NCBI GenBank assembly: GCA_013115145.1 | Contig: JAAPAO010000105.1 | Span: 12,262 to 76,261, forward strand | Direction: 5' to 3' | DNA: 64,000 nucleotides | Source: Perkinsus chesapeaki ATCC PRA-425 | Taxonomy: Eukaryota > Protista > Perkinsozoa | Shown: piece after piece, positions 1 through 11,899 of the stretch | How the letters are laid out: the number at the start of each line of letters is the position of its first letter | Position numbering within the stretch: the first letter of the stretch is position 1 | Position numbers and translations under genes: made by a program | The notes under the pieces: model-generated | Databases searched by the model: none | Told to the model about the DNA's origin: nothing | What the model saw: only the letters and a program-made list of their open reading frames with translations

Positions 1-2
1 TC

Positions 3-143
3 ACTCGTGCCGAAGTTGCCCGCGCTAAGATTGACAACAGCCGTGTGTTTGGTCGCCTAGAGAAGCTGCTCAAAGAAATCCTCCGTAGGGTTCGCCCGAG
101 AGAACGTTTAGGTGAAGAAAGGATGGGATGGTTACAGTCGTGA
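3..143 (+). CDS. 3' end of an unidentified gene entering from the left edge
   Basis: Open frame TRAEVARAKIDNSRVFGRLEKLLKEILRRVRPRERLGEERMGWLQS ending TGA at 141-143; its tail is duplicated at 3586-3664. Confidence 0.5.
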   Translation, partial: TRAEVARAKIDNSRVFGRLEKLLKEILRRVRPRERLGEERMGWLQS

Positions 144-591
144 GCTTGAAATTCAGGCCGTATCAAGACTATCACTGGCAGCTCGAGACCTGATCAAACC
201 CGTCGTATAGATAACCTCAGCTTATGCCCAGTTGTAACGCTCGTGTAGATGCCTTAACTTTCCGTTGCCTATGCTCGGCTTGAATAAGTTGGCGCGTTTA
301 TGGGACGGTTCAGCTGAAGCTTTCCCGCCGGCGACACTTTTTACGTCCAGAATATTAAACTATTCCGTTATCAGGATTACTACTATTACCAATAGACTCG
401 TGTTAACAAACAAGTACACAGTGAGAGTTTCAAACGGTGTATCCGAAAAACAGTCAGACTTGAGCAAAAAGAAAGAACTGTTAGTCTGTTGAAAGCATCC
501 ACGCTGGAACTACAACCGGCGGTTGTCGACCGCCGTGATATTGAGGTTATCATACTTCCCACCGAAAGCAGCCTCGACGAGGGCAATGGTC
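77..591. repeat. About 500-bp direct repeat, copy 1 (partner 3586-4073)
   Basis: Near-identical sequence from AATCCTCCGTAGGG to GAGGGCAATGGTC in both places, with a few small indels. Confidence 0.95.
481..591 (-). pseudogene. Remnant last exon of a prenol-kinase-like gene
   Basis: IALVEAAFGGKYDNLNITAV matches the last exon at 3980-4083; carries a 14-nt frameshifting insertion and has no upstream exons. Confidence 0.8.
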
Positions 592-1466
592 ACTGCTTGA
601 ATGGGATAGAGCACTCTATCCCAGTATCGAATGTGTAACTACCTCCTCTAATATTTGGCAATCAATACTAACGGAACTATGCAACTGAACACTTCTCTGA
701 TTTGAAAGGCCAAACGTCTGCTGACAAAAAACGCCGAAATCAAAAAAAGTCTAAAAATGAAGGGATACGTTATACTCACGTCTATCAACTGCTTTCGACA
801 GCACGATGATAGTGGCGATGAACTTTCCAATAATCTGTCGATTTAGAGGGTAAAAGTAAAATGTCTATAAGGAATTATCGAGGTAGAAGTATTAGTTAGC
901 CAGCGTGCAATGATGTCACGTGGCATCACGTGGTGAAACATCACGTGGTAAAAATAGTGGCATATAGGAATGTACCATTACAGAACATTCCATCACAGGT
1001 GTAACAACAGGGCTACATTTAATACAAGCCCAGTGATGACTGCAGATGTCTCGGGTGCGTCAGATGTGTACGGCACATCTGGGACTGATCTGGGAATCCA
1101 TTCAAACATGGTGAGGATGCCTCGACGCCCCTGAGAGAATGATATTACCAAAAAAACAACATAGAGCGCTCCAAAGGACAGGTTTCCATCAAGGGCGCTT
1201 CGATAAAAGTGATTAAAATTCCCAACGTGTTTCTACTGAATAAGATTGATGCTTGCAAGTATCGATATGCTCTATATTCAACTAGCTGGCGACTTCAAGT
1301 GATATACTGATGATCATAGCGCAAATGCACTTACCTCCATGTAATTTCCAAGTATATAGACGAATATTTTACCAGTTTCGGTATCCTCCCGGACCGTTAT
1401 ACCACTGGTATTATGGACGTAATACCTTGACAGGATGACGAGTGTATTACAGATATAGCGATTGAA

Positions 1467-2940
1467 TTAAAACATGAGCCAGCGAAAAGAGGAAGCCCAC
1501 TTTATCTCGGCGAGATTCCCGGTAATGCTCTCAGGTACAAGAACACCTTCGTTGAGGATAGCCTCATCGAGGGACTCAGATGTGACCAGTCCAATGTAAA
1601 TGCCAGCCGAGTCCGCAGGGTTAGACCTGACAAGGCAACAGTGATCTCCCACGACAAGTCAATTAACTCACCGGTGGAAAAGGATCAAAATATCTCCATT
1701 GGGCAGCTCGGCCATGTCCATTGGGAAGTAGCTATTTTGCGACTAAGAAATGGTAGGCAATCCTAGTACTAATTCGAATACTAAATAAGTTACTCAAAGT
1801 ATCTTCACCAAAGACGATCCCCACCATGGTTACGCTAATTTAACAAGTTTCTCTTACCTGCACATAAAACTGCTTATCTTCACCAGATTTCATGTCATGG
1901 GCCGAAACTGAAAAAGTCATGTGACCGGACTCGACGGAAGTCTCTTCAGGTTCCTCGCAGGCGATCAACAACAGATCATCTACCTCCGTTGAACCTGAGG
2001 AATTACATCTACCTAAAGCAGAGGCCGCGCACAGATCATTAGTACGTAGTTTTAGGATTGATTTGATTCCACCATTTTCTTCGCATTTCTGGGGTACACG
2101 TTGCTCACAGAGGTCTTCAGCTCTCCGGGATAATACTCCATCAGAGAATCTTAATGCACGACTTAATGCACGGAACAAGATGACTGGTCTTACTTCATCA
2201 CGCATCCCGTGTTGGCATAATTGACAAAGAGCTCTCCTCGGCCACCGCCCTCATATACACCATTTATAGTTAGACCCTCTGCATTACCTGAACAAGACTG
2301 TTTTATTAGGAGGAAGTCCAGATCAAAGGATATGTAATAGCAGCATCACATATACAATATCACAGTTCATATTGATCGAAAGAAAGTATCAGTTGAAGCT
2401 ATTAAATGAGTCACTTGAAGTGCGTGTGTCTAGAGATTCTCACCGTTAGGATTGCGAGGTCTTATCTCATTGCCGTTCACATCTCTCATGAGGTCCACGC
2501 GTGCGGTCTTAACATCGATTGGGAGCTCCGATGATGTACTTGAGGATAGAGGCATGGTTACGAAGGACCTGAAAGAAGACGTAGTGGATGCCGGTAAAGC
2601 AGTCTTACCCATCCTGAGAGACAGCTAGCACTTCAGAGCCATTCGTGGCGACGAGTAGAGACCGAAGAGAGCTGAATATCATCTGGGTGTTCCGGCGTGG
2701 GCTTGCAGGTTGTAGATCTACAGTTTGAACATGGGAGAGGGTACCTGTATTATGGATGAGTGGTGAAGTTGCAAGCATAGAAGTCGAATTCTTACCTTTA
2801 GATGTTAGGAACTTGGGATTGATGGGATCCGTATCGAACCATAGAGTTTTGGTTAGGACAGGGAATGCTCCAACAGTGCCAAAGTAGGATGACGCTGCCA
2901 GAAGAACCTTCAGAGTTGAACGCTTCAGTTGAGTAACCAT
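1467..2940 (-). CDS. Multi-exon secreted protein, possibly esterase-like phytase (Phytase-like beta-propeller) family
   Basis: Signal-like N-terminus MVTQLKRSTLKVLLAASSYFGTVGA; segments ENGGIKSILKL, LLLIACEEP and ELPNGDILILFHR resemble phytase-like motifs; GT-AG intron at about 1626-1671. Confidence 0.45.
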
Positions 2941-3479
2941 TGATAGCTTAAAAAGGGAAATTCTGTTGGTTATTAACAAGTGACGGCTTCTACGTCCCGC
3001 AGACCCTCCATGAGCCATGAAATGTGCGTTTTATAGACAAAACGGACTCTATGGAGCCAAACAGTAAAGGTGACGCCATAGGATTACAGTGCTGAAATAT
3101 TGAGCTCCATTAGCGCCATGGACCGTAGCGACCTACTGGTGGCGCGACATTATTGGCTCTATAAAGATAACGTGCGGGTAGACCATATATTACGCTCGCT
3201 TTGAGAAACTCAACATTCCACCCAACAGTAAGAATCGCAACGGTGAGTTATCGCCAATTTTGCCACTCTTCCTAATCTCGCAAAAGGCCTTCTTGGGCAA
3301 CATCAGCCGTGGAGCGAATTAAATGACGTCACTTGTAGACAAGGCGCTACAGAGCCCACTATGATTCTTTCATGTCACCTTGACGATAGAGATCCATGGA
3401 GCTTACTCTGTCTACAATGCTTCGGGTGACGTAGAAACAATCCTATTTGAGGCGACGACTACGCAAACCCGAAATGAGT

Positions 3480-3570
3480 TCAAGAGAAAATCTACTTTGA
3501 TGGTCACTGTACTCGAGTTCGAGATAGATCAGCAGTTCGGACAGAGCATCCAATCACCAATAACGACCAT
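3480..3570 (-). pseudogene. 3'-terminal remnant of a paralog most similar to the 8669-10205 kinase gene
   Basis: CACTGTACTCGAGT and AGAGCATCCAA.CACCAATAACGACCAT are shared with 8645-8710; reads MVVIGDWMLCPNC* versus MVVIGAWMLFPNY*. Confidence 0.65.
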
Positions 3571-3585
3571 TCTGCGATTCATTCG

Positions 3586-4073
3586 AATCCTCCGTAGGGT
3601 TCGCCCGAGGGAGCGTTTAGGTGAAGAAAGGTCCTTTGGTCGGATGGGATGGTTACAGTCGTGAGCTTGAAATTCAGGCCGTATCAAGACTATCACTGGC
3701 AGCTCGAGACCTGATCAAACCCGTCGTATAGATAACCTCAGCTTATGCCCAGTTGTAACGCTCGTGTAGATGCCTTAACTTTCCGTTGCCTATGCTCGGC
3801 TTGAATAAGTTGGCGCGTGTATGGGACGGTTCAGCTGAATCTTTCCCGCCGGCGACACTTTTTACATCCAGAATATTAAACTATTCCGTTATCAGGATTA
3901 CTACTATTACCAATAGACTCGTGTTAACAAACAAGTACACAGTGAGAAACAATCAGACTAAGATGAACAGAAACAACAGTTAGTCTGTTAAAAGCATCCA
4001 CGCTGTAACCACAACCGCTGTGATATTGAGGTTATCATACTTCCCACCGAAAGCTTCCACGAGGGCAATGGTC
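3586..4073. repeat. About 500-bp direct repeat, copy 2
   Basis: Matches 77-591. Confidence 0.95.
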
Positions 4074-4837
4074 GTGGCTACCTGAGAACTGGCAGCTCCT
4101 TCAAGAGTTGATGATGACATGAGTTTACCAGTGAACGAGCAAGGACTCCAGTGGGCGAATGCAAAGTCACGAAAGCAACGACGAGAACCGCAAGGGAGCC
4201 CATGATAGTCTTGGAACCGACAAACTGAGGGTTGAATCTGAGAGTCAAATTGGCCGCATTTCACTGTTGAATTTGCGGTACCGTGGAAAATTACGGGATG
4301 CCCACTTCCCGACAACAGCCCCAGCCGGGTCGGCGAAGAAGACCGGCGCTAGAACGATTATAGGCAACCTCAGGAAGTACCAAATCCTGAAGTATTCAAT
4401 GAGATATGGGAATAGAAGTATACTTACCCGACTACGACAAGATAGACGGTTATACCGATATCACCGTATATCCCGAAGCGCCAGTTAGGTATTCCTGGTA
4501 TGAGCTCCCAAGTCATTACAAGGCTCGAGACTACCAGCCCATACGCGAACAAACGATTAATGAGGTACCTGGCATTATTAAGTTAAATGCGGATGGAGCG
4601 GTTGTATAACTTTGTGTTTAAAGAGAGCATCAGCACTCCTGTCCCCGCATGGCACAACTTTCTTGCTGCAAAGCTTGAGATATGCTGCTCGTCAAACTAA
4701 ATACAATACAAGCATTTCGACGATCATTAAGAGGCAGGTCTTACCTGGAGGATAAGAAGGAAGAGGCCTTCCAAGGCCATAAGAAGTACACCAGTTTGTA
4801 TCGATAAATCTATTTCAGGTATAACTGGAATAGACAT
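3980..4837 (-). CDS. Prenol/phytol/dolichol-kinase-like (CTP-dependent, cytidylyltransferase superfamily) membrane protein, paralog 1
   Basis: Six exons spliced at GT-AG give FAARKLCHAGTG, FFADPAGAVVG, SKTIMGSLAV and LVEAFGGKYDNLNI, matching the RKxxH, DxxAAxxG, KSxxGS and E...DN motifs of VTE5/DGK1/Sec59-type kinases. Confidence 0.8.
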
Positions 4838-5069
4838 TATTTCAAATAAAAAACACTATAGAAGCCGCGGCGGCACGGCACACAATTTTGCACCACCTTC
4901 ACACTTATTTAAACGGGTTGGGGGGTTATGCCGTTCTCCACGGCGCCTCAGTGTCAGGCCGCGCTTTCGCAGCCTCGGCTTGCTCATTCCTGTCGTTTTC
5001 TTGAGTTACTATTAGTTAACTCGAAGACAATATACACAATGGATAATAACTCGAAGGGGTGGAAATGAA

Positions 5070-5953
5070 TCAGTTATGAGCGTTTAAAAACCAAGCAATA
5101 ATAACGACGGCTGCAATATTGAGATTATCATATTTGCCTCCAAAACCTTCCACGACAGCGGTAACGAAAGCAACCTGAGACCACCTCGTTGGTATAACGC
5201 GCTCATGACGTGCGCGGTACTCACCATAAGGCGCGGTAGAAAAGTAGCTGGAGCGTGCAGAGTCACGAAGGCTACCACGAAAACGGCAACTGATCCGAGT
5301 ACTGTCTTTGTACCGATCCATTTGGGGTTGAGACTGAAGACAGGGGATACAAATTAGAACAAATCAAATGCTCAACTGGGTACTTTGGAATGTTCCTTGA
5401 AGCCCATTGACCGACGACGGCACCCGCTGGGTCGGCAAAGAACACCGGGGCTAGAACAGCTATAGGCAGCTCCATGAAATACCAGAACCTAATCAATGTG
5501 TTAATGCGTTCCTGTGTCTGGTTGCGAGATAACCTACCCAACGATGAGAAGGTATATAGTGATGCCAGGATCCTCGTAGGCGCCGAATCTCCAATTTGGG
5601 ATGCCGGGAATGAGGGACCAGGTCATAGTAAGGCTTAGGGCGACCACACCGTAAATGTAGAGACGATTAACCAGTAGACTGAAACACGCTTTGGTGAAGG
5701 AACTTCGGGGAATGCCGATTTACTGGGAGGTTAAGAACAACATCGAAAGTCCGCTGCCAGAATGGCAGAGCTTCCTAGCGGCAAATAGGGAGATGTGCTT
5801 GGTATCAAACTAAAGGGGGAACGGTTATGGCAGCTAAGAATTGATTGAAGCTACCTGCAGCAAGATTAGAAAAAGCCCTTCGATGGCCATTACGGCAAAG
5901 CAGGCATTGACGGGGAGATCGATTTCGGGGATAACTGGCAGAGCGACGGCCAT
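5070..5953 (-). CDS. Prenol/phytol-kinase-like membrane protein, paralog 2
   Basis: Same exon structure; AARKLCHSGSG, FFADPAGAVVG, TKTVLGSVAV, VVEGFGGKYDNLNI. Confidence 0.8.
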
Positions 5954-7188
5954 GTCTTGTAAAAACTGCCAACGGAGCTTTCTGGCCATCAAAGGACCGG
6001 TACGTTCCCGAGAGAGACGCCCTACAATCCCGGTTCACGTCTCCAATGCGGCGCGCGCGTATATTCAGTCTTGTCCGAACTTCCCAGAGTTACCACACTG
6101 GATTCTCGCCCCAATGAGCGCACGGCGGCGCGGTGACCGCGCCTGCTCGTATCATTAATTGGTATCAGAGAGCAGCCCCCAGCATAAGGAATCCACGATC
6201 ATATCCGCTCTCCCGCTGCTACAGGAGAACTGTACGCGCGCGTTTCTCAGGAGCGCTGAAGATATCGTCTTGCCCCTTTTCTTTTCATAAGCCTTGTATG
6301 CCTGCAGACTGCGCGGAGCGGGGACAGGCAGATTGGCCCCAAGTGTTGTGGGTCCCAGATTGCCTGCGAGTTTGCTATACCACCGGTTTTCTCACAACTA
6401 ATTAATTCCTGAAGCTTTTACTCAATAAAGTAAAACCTCAGGGGTAAATTACTGCAACTAACTCACCGGCACAGGTGACCACGATACAATGATTCTGCGA
6501 TCAACCCCTTAGACCTGATTGCTAGAGTACCTTCACAGCGCTGGTCTAGTACTTCCCCAAAGCTTCCGAACACTGGGATGCATGGCTAAGAGCTGGGAGA
6601 TTGGCCATGTTTTGCAGCATTCATGGAAATTCCGTGGCGTAATAATGCCCTTGGTTGTCAATGATCACTTGAGACTATCACAAAGTTCAACTTTAAAACC
6701 CCCGAGGGGTTCTCTCAGTGAGAGAACGCCGGCGAGTGACACTCGCCAGCGCCTCCGTGCACAGCTGTGCACTTGAACGCAGTTCAGTGAGAGGAGATAA
6801 TGGCTAGTTCCTTGAGATAAGAGCGAATCTGTTTGACACGTTTAAACCCTAGAATGGACAGCATTGTTGACCGGATTCCCACTAGCCGAATGGGGATGAT
6901 CTAGGCAACAACAAATACATAGCGAGTAGCAAGCGATGCTCCCCCGTTTGCCGGCGTCTCCATACACAGCTACTGACTCCAACTCAGTTGGCTACAAGTC
7001 AACAATGGAAGCCCCTTTAGATGCCTTGGGGGTACCTTGAAGACATAGTGCATCGTGGTTGGAATATTATAGGTGTTTTTTGAGCCCGTACCTGGCCTTA
7101 TCGCATATGTGAGAATTTAACATGTGCATTTGAAGTTATCGAATGTTATTGGACAATGTACGTTCGTATCAACTATCTCTATTCAGTT

Positions 7189-7710
7189 ATGAATATGTCA
7201 ATCAGGGTCATCATCACTCTACTAACCACCCTCTTCCTCAAGGAAGTGATATCATTCGAGCCGCTTGATGGAAGGGTCTTCTTCGCTGAAGAAGTAAATA
7301 CATGGGAGCACACCTTACAGATCATCATCGCATTCTCCCAAGTATCCGGAAGGCCATTTGCATCCGTGAGAGTGGAATATGCGGAGTACTCGATGTATTT
7401 ACCTGATTTACCCCATACTGTTTATATTCCTTACCACATCGATGCGAACGACCCGTCTTTGATTCACTTGGATTGGGGGAACCAGGACTATCGTCGTATG
7501 CAGTTCATCAACTACATCAACTTCATGGAGCCTGGTGGAGCTAATCCAGATAATTTTTTGACGGTAACTCGGCGCATGACCGGCGTGTCTGAGGTTCTAG
7601 ACTTATCAATGGGCTTGTCACCTTTCCCTCTGGTGTTGGACGAGCAAGACACAGAGGATGAACCATTTCATCAGATCTTGATCAATTTCTGTTATCTCGC
7701 ATCAAGCTGA
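7189..7710 (+). CDS. Intronless secreted hypothetical protein (173 aa)
   Basis: Uninterrupted ORF; hydrophobic signal-like start MNMSIRVIITLLTTLFLKEVIS; pyrimidine-rich CAG two bases before the ATG. Confidence 0.7.
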   Translation: MNMSIRVIITLLTTLFLKEVISFEPLDGRVFFAEEVNTWEHTLQIIIAFSQVSGRPFASVRVEYAEYSMYLPDLPHTVYIPYHIDANDPSLIHLDWGNQDYRRMQFINYINFMEPGGANPDNFLTVTRRMTGVSEVLDLSMGLSPFPLVLDEQDTEDEPFHQILINFCYLASS

Positions 7711-8668
7711 TTTACTGTGATTTCTGAGGACTTATCGTTCGGAGGATCTGTGCCGATGGTGACACCACAGCAGTTTCCTTCCCGGTAGCGCGTGTTGGTT
7801 TTACTAGGTAGTGGTTGACGAATACAGGTCTGTTAGACTTTACTCTCAGATCTTGTGCTACCATATCTCAGGAGCACCGAGCAACTTGTAGCATGATCGA
7901 ATGGATTCCTATACCAGTACCAAAACCCATTCATTTTACGCATACCGAGTTTCATGCACACAGTAGACTCTCAATTTGTCTCCATCCGCTCTTGATACCA
8001 GATTGCACGTTTCCCGATCACCCTTCGTATATCAAGGGGATTCTCAATAGGGTAATGAATTCAGAACCTCCGGCAATCGTGGTTCAGTCAACTTGAAACA
8101 GAGCAGACTTCCTCTCTTGGTGGCCACCTCACGACACGTTCCTTCTATATCGTTGCTTTGGCTTCCGAATCGGAAGTTTCGATTGAGGTTAGTGCTCGAT
8201 CAAAGGCTTCTATTACGCCTAACGTTAATTGCTTACTCTGAGGTATGTTCTGTACTGTCTACCAGTCTATCGATTCTCCAAAGAAACCATAAAGATTCGA
8301 GAGGTTAGAAAAATCAAGTATTCGGTGAAGGGAGCATTATTAGACGTCAGGCCCAGCAAGTATGGGTTGTTCGGCGATAAATTGGCATTTGTATTAGTTG
8401 AGAAAGGTCGATGACGTACGTTATACGTACACTACATTACAGAGACGAGGAGACTAAGGCCTCAAGGCTGTCGGGACGAGTCTGGCGGAATTCAGAGACC
8501 GAAGCCATCACCGCTCATTTCAAACCCTGTTATGAGACTGGCTCCCCATGAGACCATCGCCTACGGGCATCCCGATATCGGATTTCCATTGGGGACTTAC
8601 CAAACTCAAAACGCCCTTGGAGTGAGAAAACTTGAATTCATCATCACTGTACTCGAGTCTGGGGCATA

Positions 8669-10205
8669 TCAGTAATTCGGAAAGAGCATCCAAGCACCAA
8701 TAACGACCATAGCAATGTATAGGTTGTCGAACTTCCCACCAAAGCCTTCGACAAGCATTGTTGTTAAGGAGGTCTGAGGTAGTCAAAAGGTCGCAGGTTC
8801 GAACCTACCGAACGGCATCTTACCATGAGTCTTGGTATGAACGAGCGCGGTCTGTAAAGAGTAAGAAAAGTAACCACAAACACCGCCAATGAGCCAATAA
8901 CAGTCTTCTTGCCAACCCAAGCCGGATTATACCTGATGAATAACCGTGAAAGTGACTGTCCGTTACACACTATTATGATCTTCATGTGTATACCGCTATA
9001 GGAGATATGTAATTAGCAAGTCTTCTCGAAAAAGGGGCGGGGCTCGCGCGCCCTTCACTTGCGAGTGTTTGGAGAATAATGTCATTTCGCTTGTGATGAC
9101 TAACAGTTAACTATCGACCATAGTAACTCTATTAATAGGGATCCTATTTCTGTCCATTTAGTGCGACAAAAATGCCTGTGTCAAATCATACAGGCTGTGC
9201 TGTGCGAGGACAATGGGGTATGTACACTGTACAAGAGCAAGTGTGGTAGATAGTGCATTACTTGGGCATGTTCCTAGTGGCCCATTTACCGATAACCGCC
9301 CCGCTAGGATCTGCAAAGAATATAGGAGCGAGGACCGCTACGGGAAACTCGAGATAAAACCAAAACCTGAATATAGACGGCAATATTGACGATCATTAGT
9401 AGACATGCGCTCAAGGGGAATACATTATTGCGAAATAAGACAACACATTGAAATGACTTTTGGACCAGAGTGAGGCGAGTGGCTCGCTCGAGGTGAGCGG
9501 TTGAGTAGCAGAGTACGGTAATGTTTCCATTCGAAGATGCGCTTTCCAGTTGGAGACGACCCCACGGTGGTAGAAGGAGATGGCTGTTACTACCCAACTA
9601 TAGTCAGATAAACAGATATGCCAATATCTCCATAATCCCCAAATCTCCATTTAGGAAGGCCAGGCATCAACTGCCAAGTCATTATCAGGCCGACTACTAC
9701 TACAGCATAAACGTATAGTCGACAAATAAGGTACCTAGTACTAGAATGTTGAGGAGTTTGCGGAGAGAGCGGTATTACTGTGGTGGAAGAAACAACATCA
9801 TTAGACCGCTAAGCGAATGGCACATCTTTCTGGCAGCGAAGTCCGAGAAGTGCTTTGTATCGAACTGAAATAAACACAACAGTTGGTAGGCAACAGCTAG
9901 AGGTGTCAGAAAACAATTTATCTATGCAATTTACAGCACCAAGGTGACCTTACTAACAATAAGCCAATGGCTACCCAGTCAAGTGATAAAATTCGAGTGC
10001 AAATTTCACTAGCGGTATTTCGGCATTCTCTCTATTCGGGATGGACGCTTCATCCCGGCTTCTCCATTTAATGGCCAATATCCGTATTCTATAGATTAAT
10101 CCAAGTTCCGCCGTTGATACCGTATAAAAGCCTTCTTACCTGTAAAACTAGAAGGAATAGTCCTTCAGCTATCATAAGCCCCAAGCAGCCTTCTGGTGAT
10201 AACAT
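8669..10205 (-). CDS. Prenol/phytol-kinase-like membrane protein, paralog 3 (longer introns)
   Basis: AARKMCHSLSG, WRFGDYGDIG, FFADPSGAVIG, KKTVIGSLAV, LVEGFGGKFDNLYI; intron positions as in paralogs 1 and 2. Confidence 0.8.
8779..8817 (+). pseudogene. tRNA 3'-half relic antisense inside an intron
   Basis: AAAAGGTC-GCAGG-TTCGAA-CCTAC-CGAACGGCA inside the 50-nt intron 8774-8823. Confidence 0.5.
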
Positions 10206-10747
10206 GTCTCAAGAAAAAGAAGGTAAGATCGAAAACAATTTCAGCGGAGTTACTCCTCAGGGCGCGCGCTTTTTACGTAGAGTTCAACCAAATTAGCAAA
10301 ATCGTGGCAGATGCGTTCCTTTGCAATTGGGTCGTTCTCTTTGACTAAAGCATTACGGAATCGACTATAGTACGTTACCCGTTAATAGGTAAATTCACTG
10401 TAGCATTATGACGGTCATGACGAGCATTATGACCCGTATGATATTGACGTCGTTAATCGGTTACGTGTAAGGTAATACTGTTGTTGTCTAGGGCTATCGA
10501 TTGACCTATTAAATGTCTGACTTCTCATCTATTAGTAAACCCCCGTCCAACCAGCCCTCAAAGCCAGCCGAAGTAACCATCTCACATGCATACTCATTAT
10601 TTACTATTAGGCACAGCTCCGACTAAGGCTAACAGTTGACTCGTTTTTTGAAAGTGGCTCGTTAGCTGATTGGCCTCAACGACTGCCGGCTACCCTAGGA
10701 GAGTAAGACATCGTCATCATTCGTCTGTACTGCATTTCCTATCAGGC

Positions 10748-11430
10748 GGCCTCAGGACCGCAATGCCGCCACTCCCCTCGATCGGGGTAACCGACGCCGT
10801 AGAATTCGCGGGAAGGATCTTGTACTCAAACGACCTAAACCTTTAAAACTACTATCCCATCATGACGAGGAACCAGAGCTGCCTCAACCCGCTGGGTGTA
10901 TGGTTACGACGATAGAAGCTCCAGGAAGGCTGGTTAATGAGGAGAATCTCAACAAGATTGATTGCTCGGATGAACTACTAGACGATACCGCCGTTCACAC
11001 ACCCAGTGAGTGCTGCTCGTAATGTACACATCCTTTTCTTTTGCACTACCTACTCAACGCTGTTTTTGAGCCGTGAAGTTGTTCGGGCTATTCCTTGGAT
11101 ATTTGAGAGTTTATCGATGATTTACTGTGGTTCGACACATCTTGCCCATTTGGCGTCAGTCTTCCTTTCGACTGTGATAAGAACGAGTATGACTCGGCTG
11201 CGCGGATTGAACCAGCGACCTCGTCCTTCTTTGTCGATCGCTCCCCCTCTAGGCTAGTTTTCAGGTACGAGTACCGACTCTCCATTATCGAGCAAGGAAG
11301 GCGCCATCGCTTGCTCGATGCTAGAGTGCCTGCTCTTCGAACTATCGTCATCCTCATCAGCTTCCGAGTGTGGTGATGCGGACGAGGTTCTTCTTGACGG
11401 TTTTATTTCGGATGATGATGATGATGAATA
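10748..11430 (+). CDS. Hypothetical multi-exon protein with acidic C-terminus (partial model)
   Basis: Open exon RPQDRNAATPLDRGNRRRRIRGKDLVLKRP...AVHTP ending at GTGAGT; terminal exon ...GFISDDDDDE*. Confidence 0.35.
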
Positions 11431-11899
11431 ACACAAGTCGATTAATGAAATAGACTTATCTGTGCTGCTTCGAGGGGCTTATATCAGTATTATAGAGATT
11501 ACTACGAGTAGATATCGATTGAATTAGCATCATCATCATTACAGTGGTCGTCTAACGACTTGCCTCTGTTGGCCCTTTACGATTGTGTGTAATAGCCATT
11601 ACCTGAATACAGGTTACCATCAAATTTGCTATAAAACAGCAGCATTGTGCATATCTATCATTTTAATACTTATTGTGTTGTCTAGTATCCTTCACCCGTT
11701 AGAACTCATTCAACTCGCAGGCTTCAACAAAACACCCAAGTGCTGCTTCAACTAATCCTTGCTTTGCAATTTAATATTTGCAAATCGATTTAATAACAGG
11801 GACTTTGCAACTGCCCTACTGCACAGAGGGATTTCTGTATTATTAACATAACAACTTAACGATCAACTTAACACAGAGAAACATAAACGGAAATAGCAC

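Noticed and set aside
265-492. ORF-track peptides MPMLGLNKL... (also 3786-3983)
   Set aside because: They lie in the duplicated intergenic region between convergent genes, start at TTG and diverge after an indel; likely non-coding
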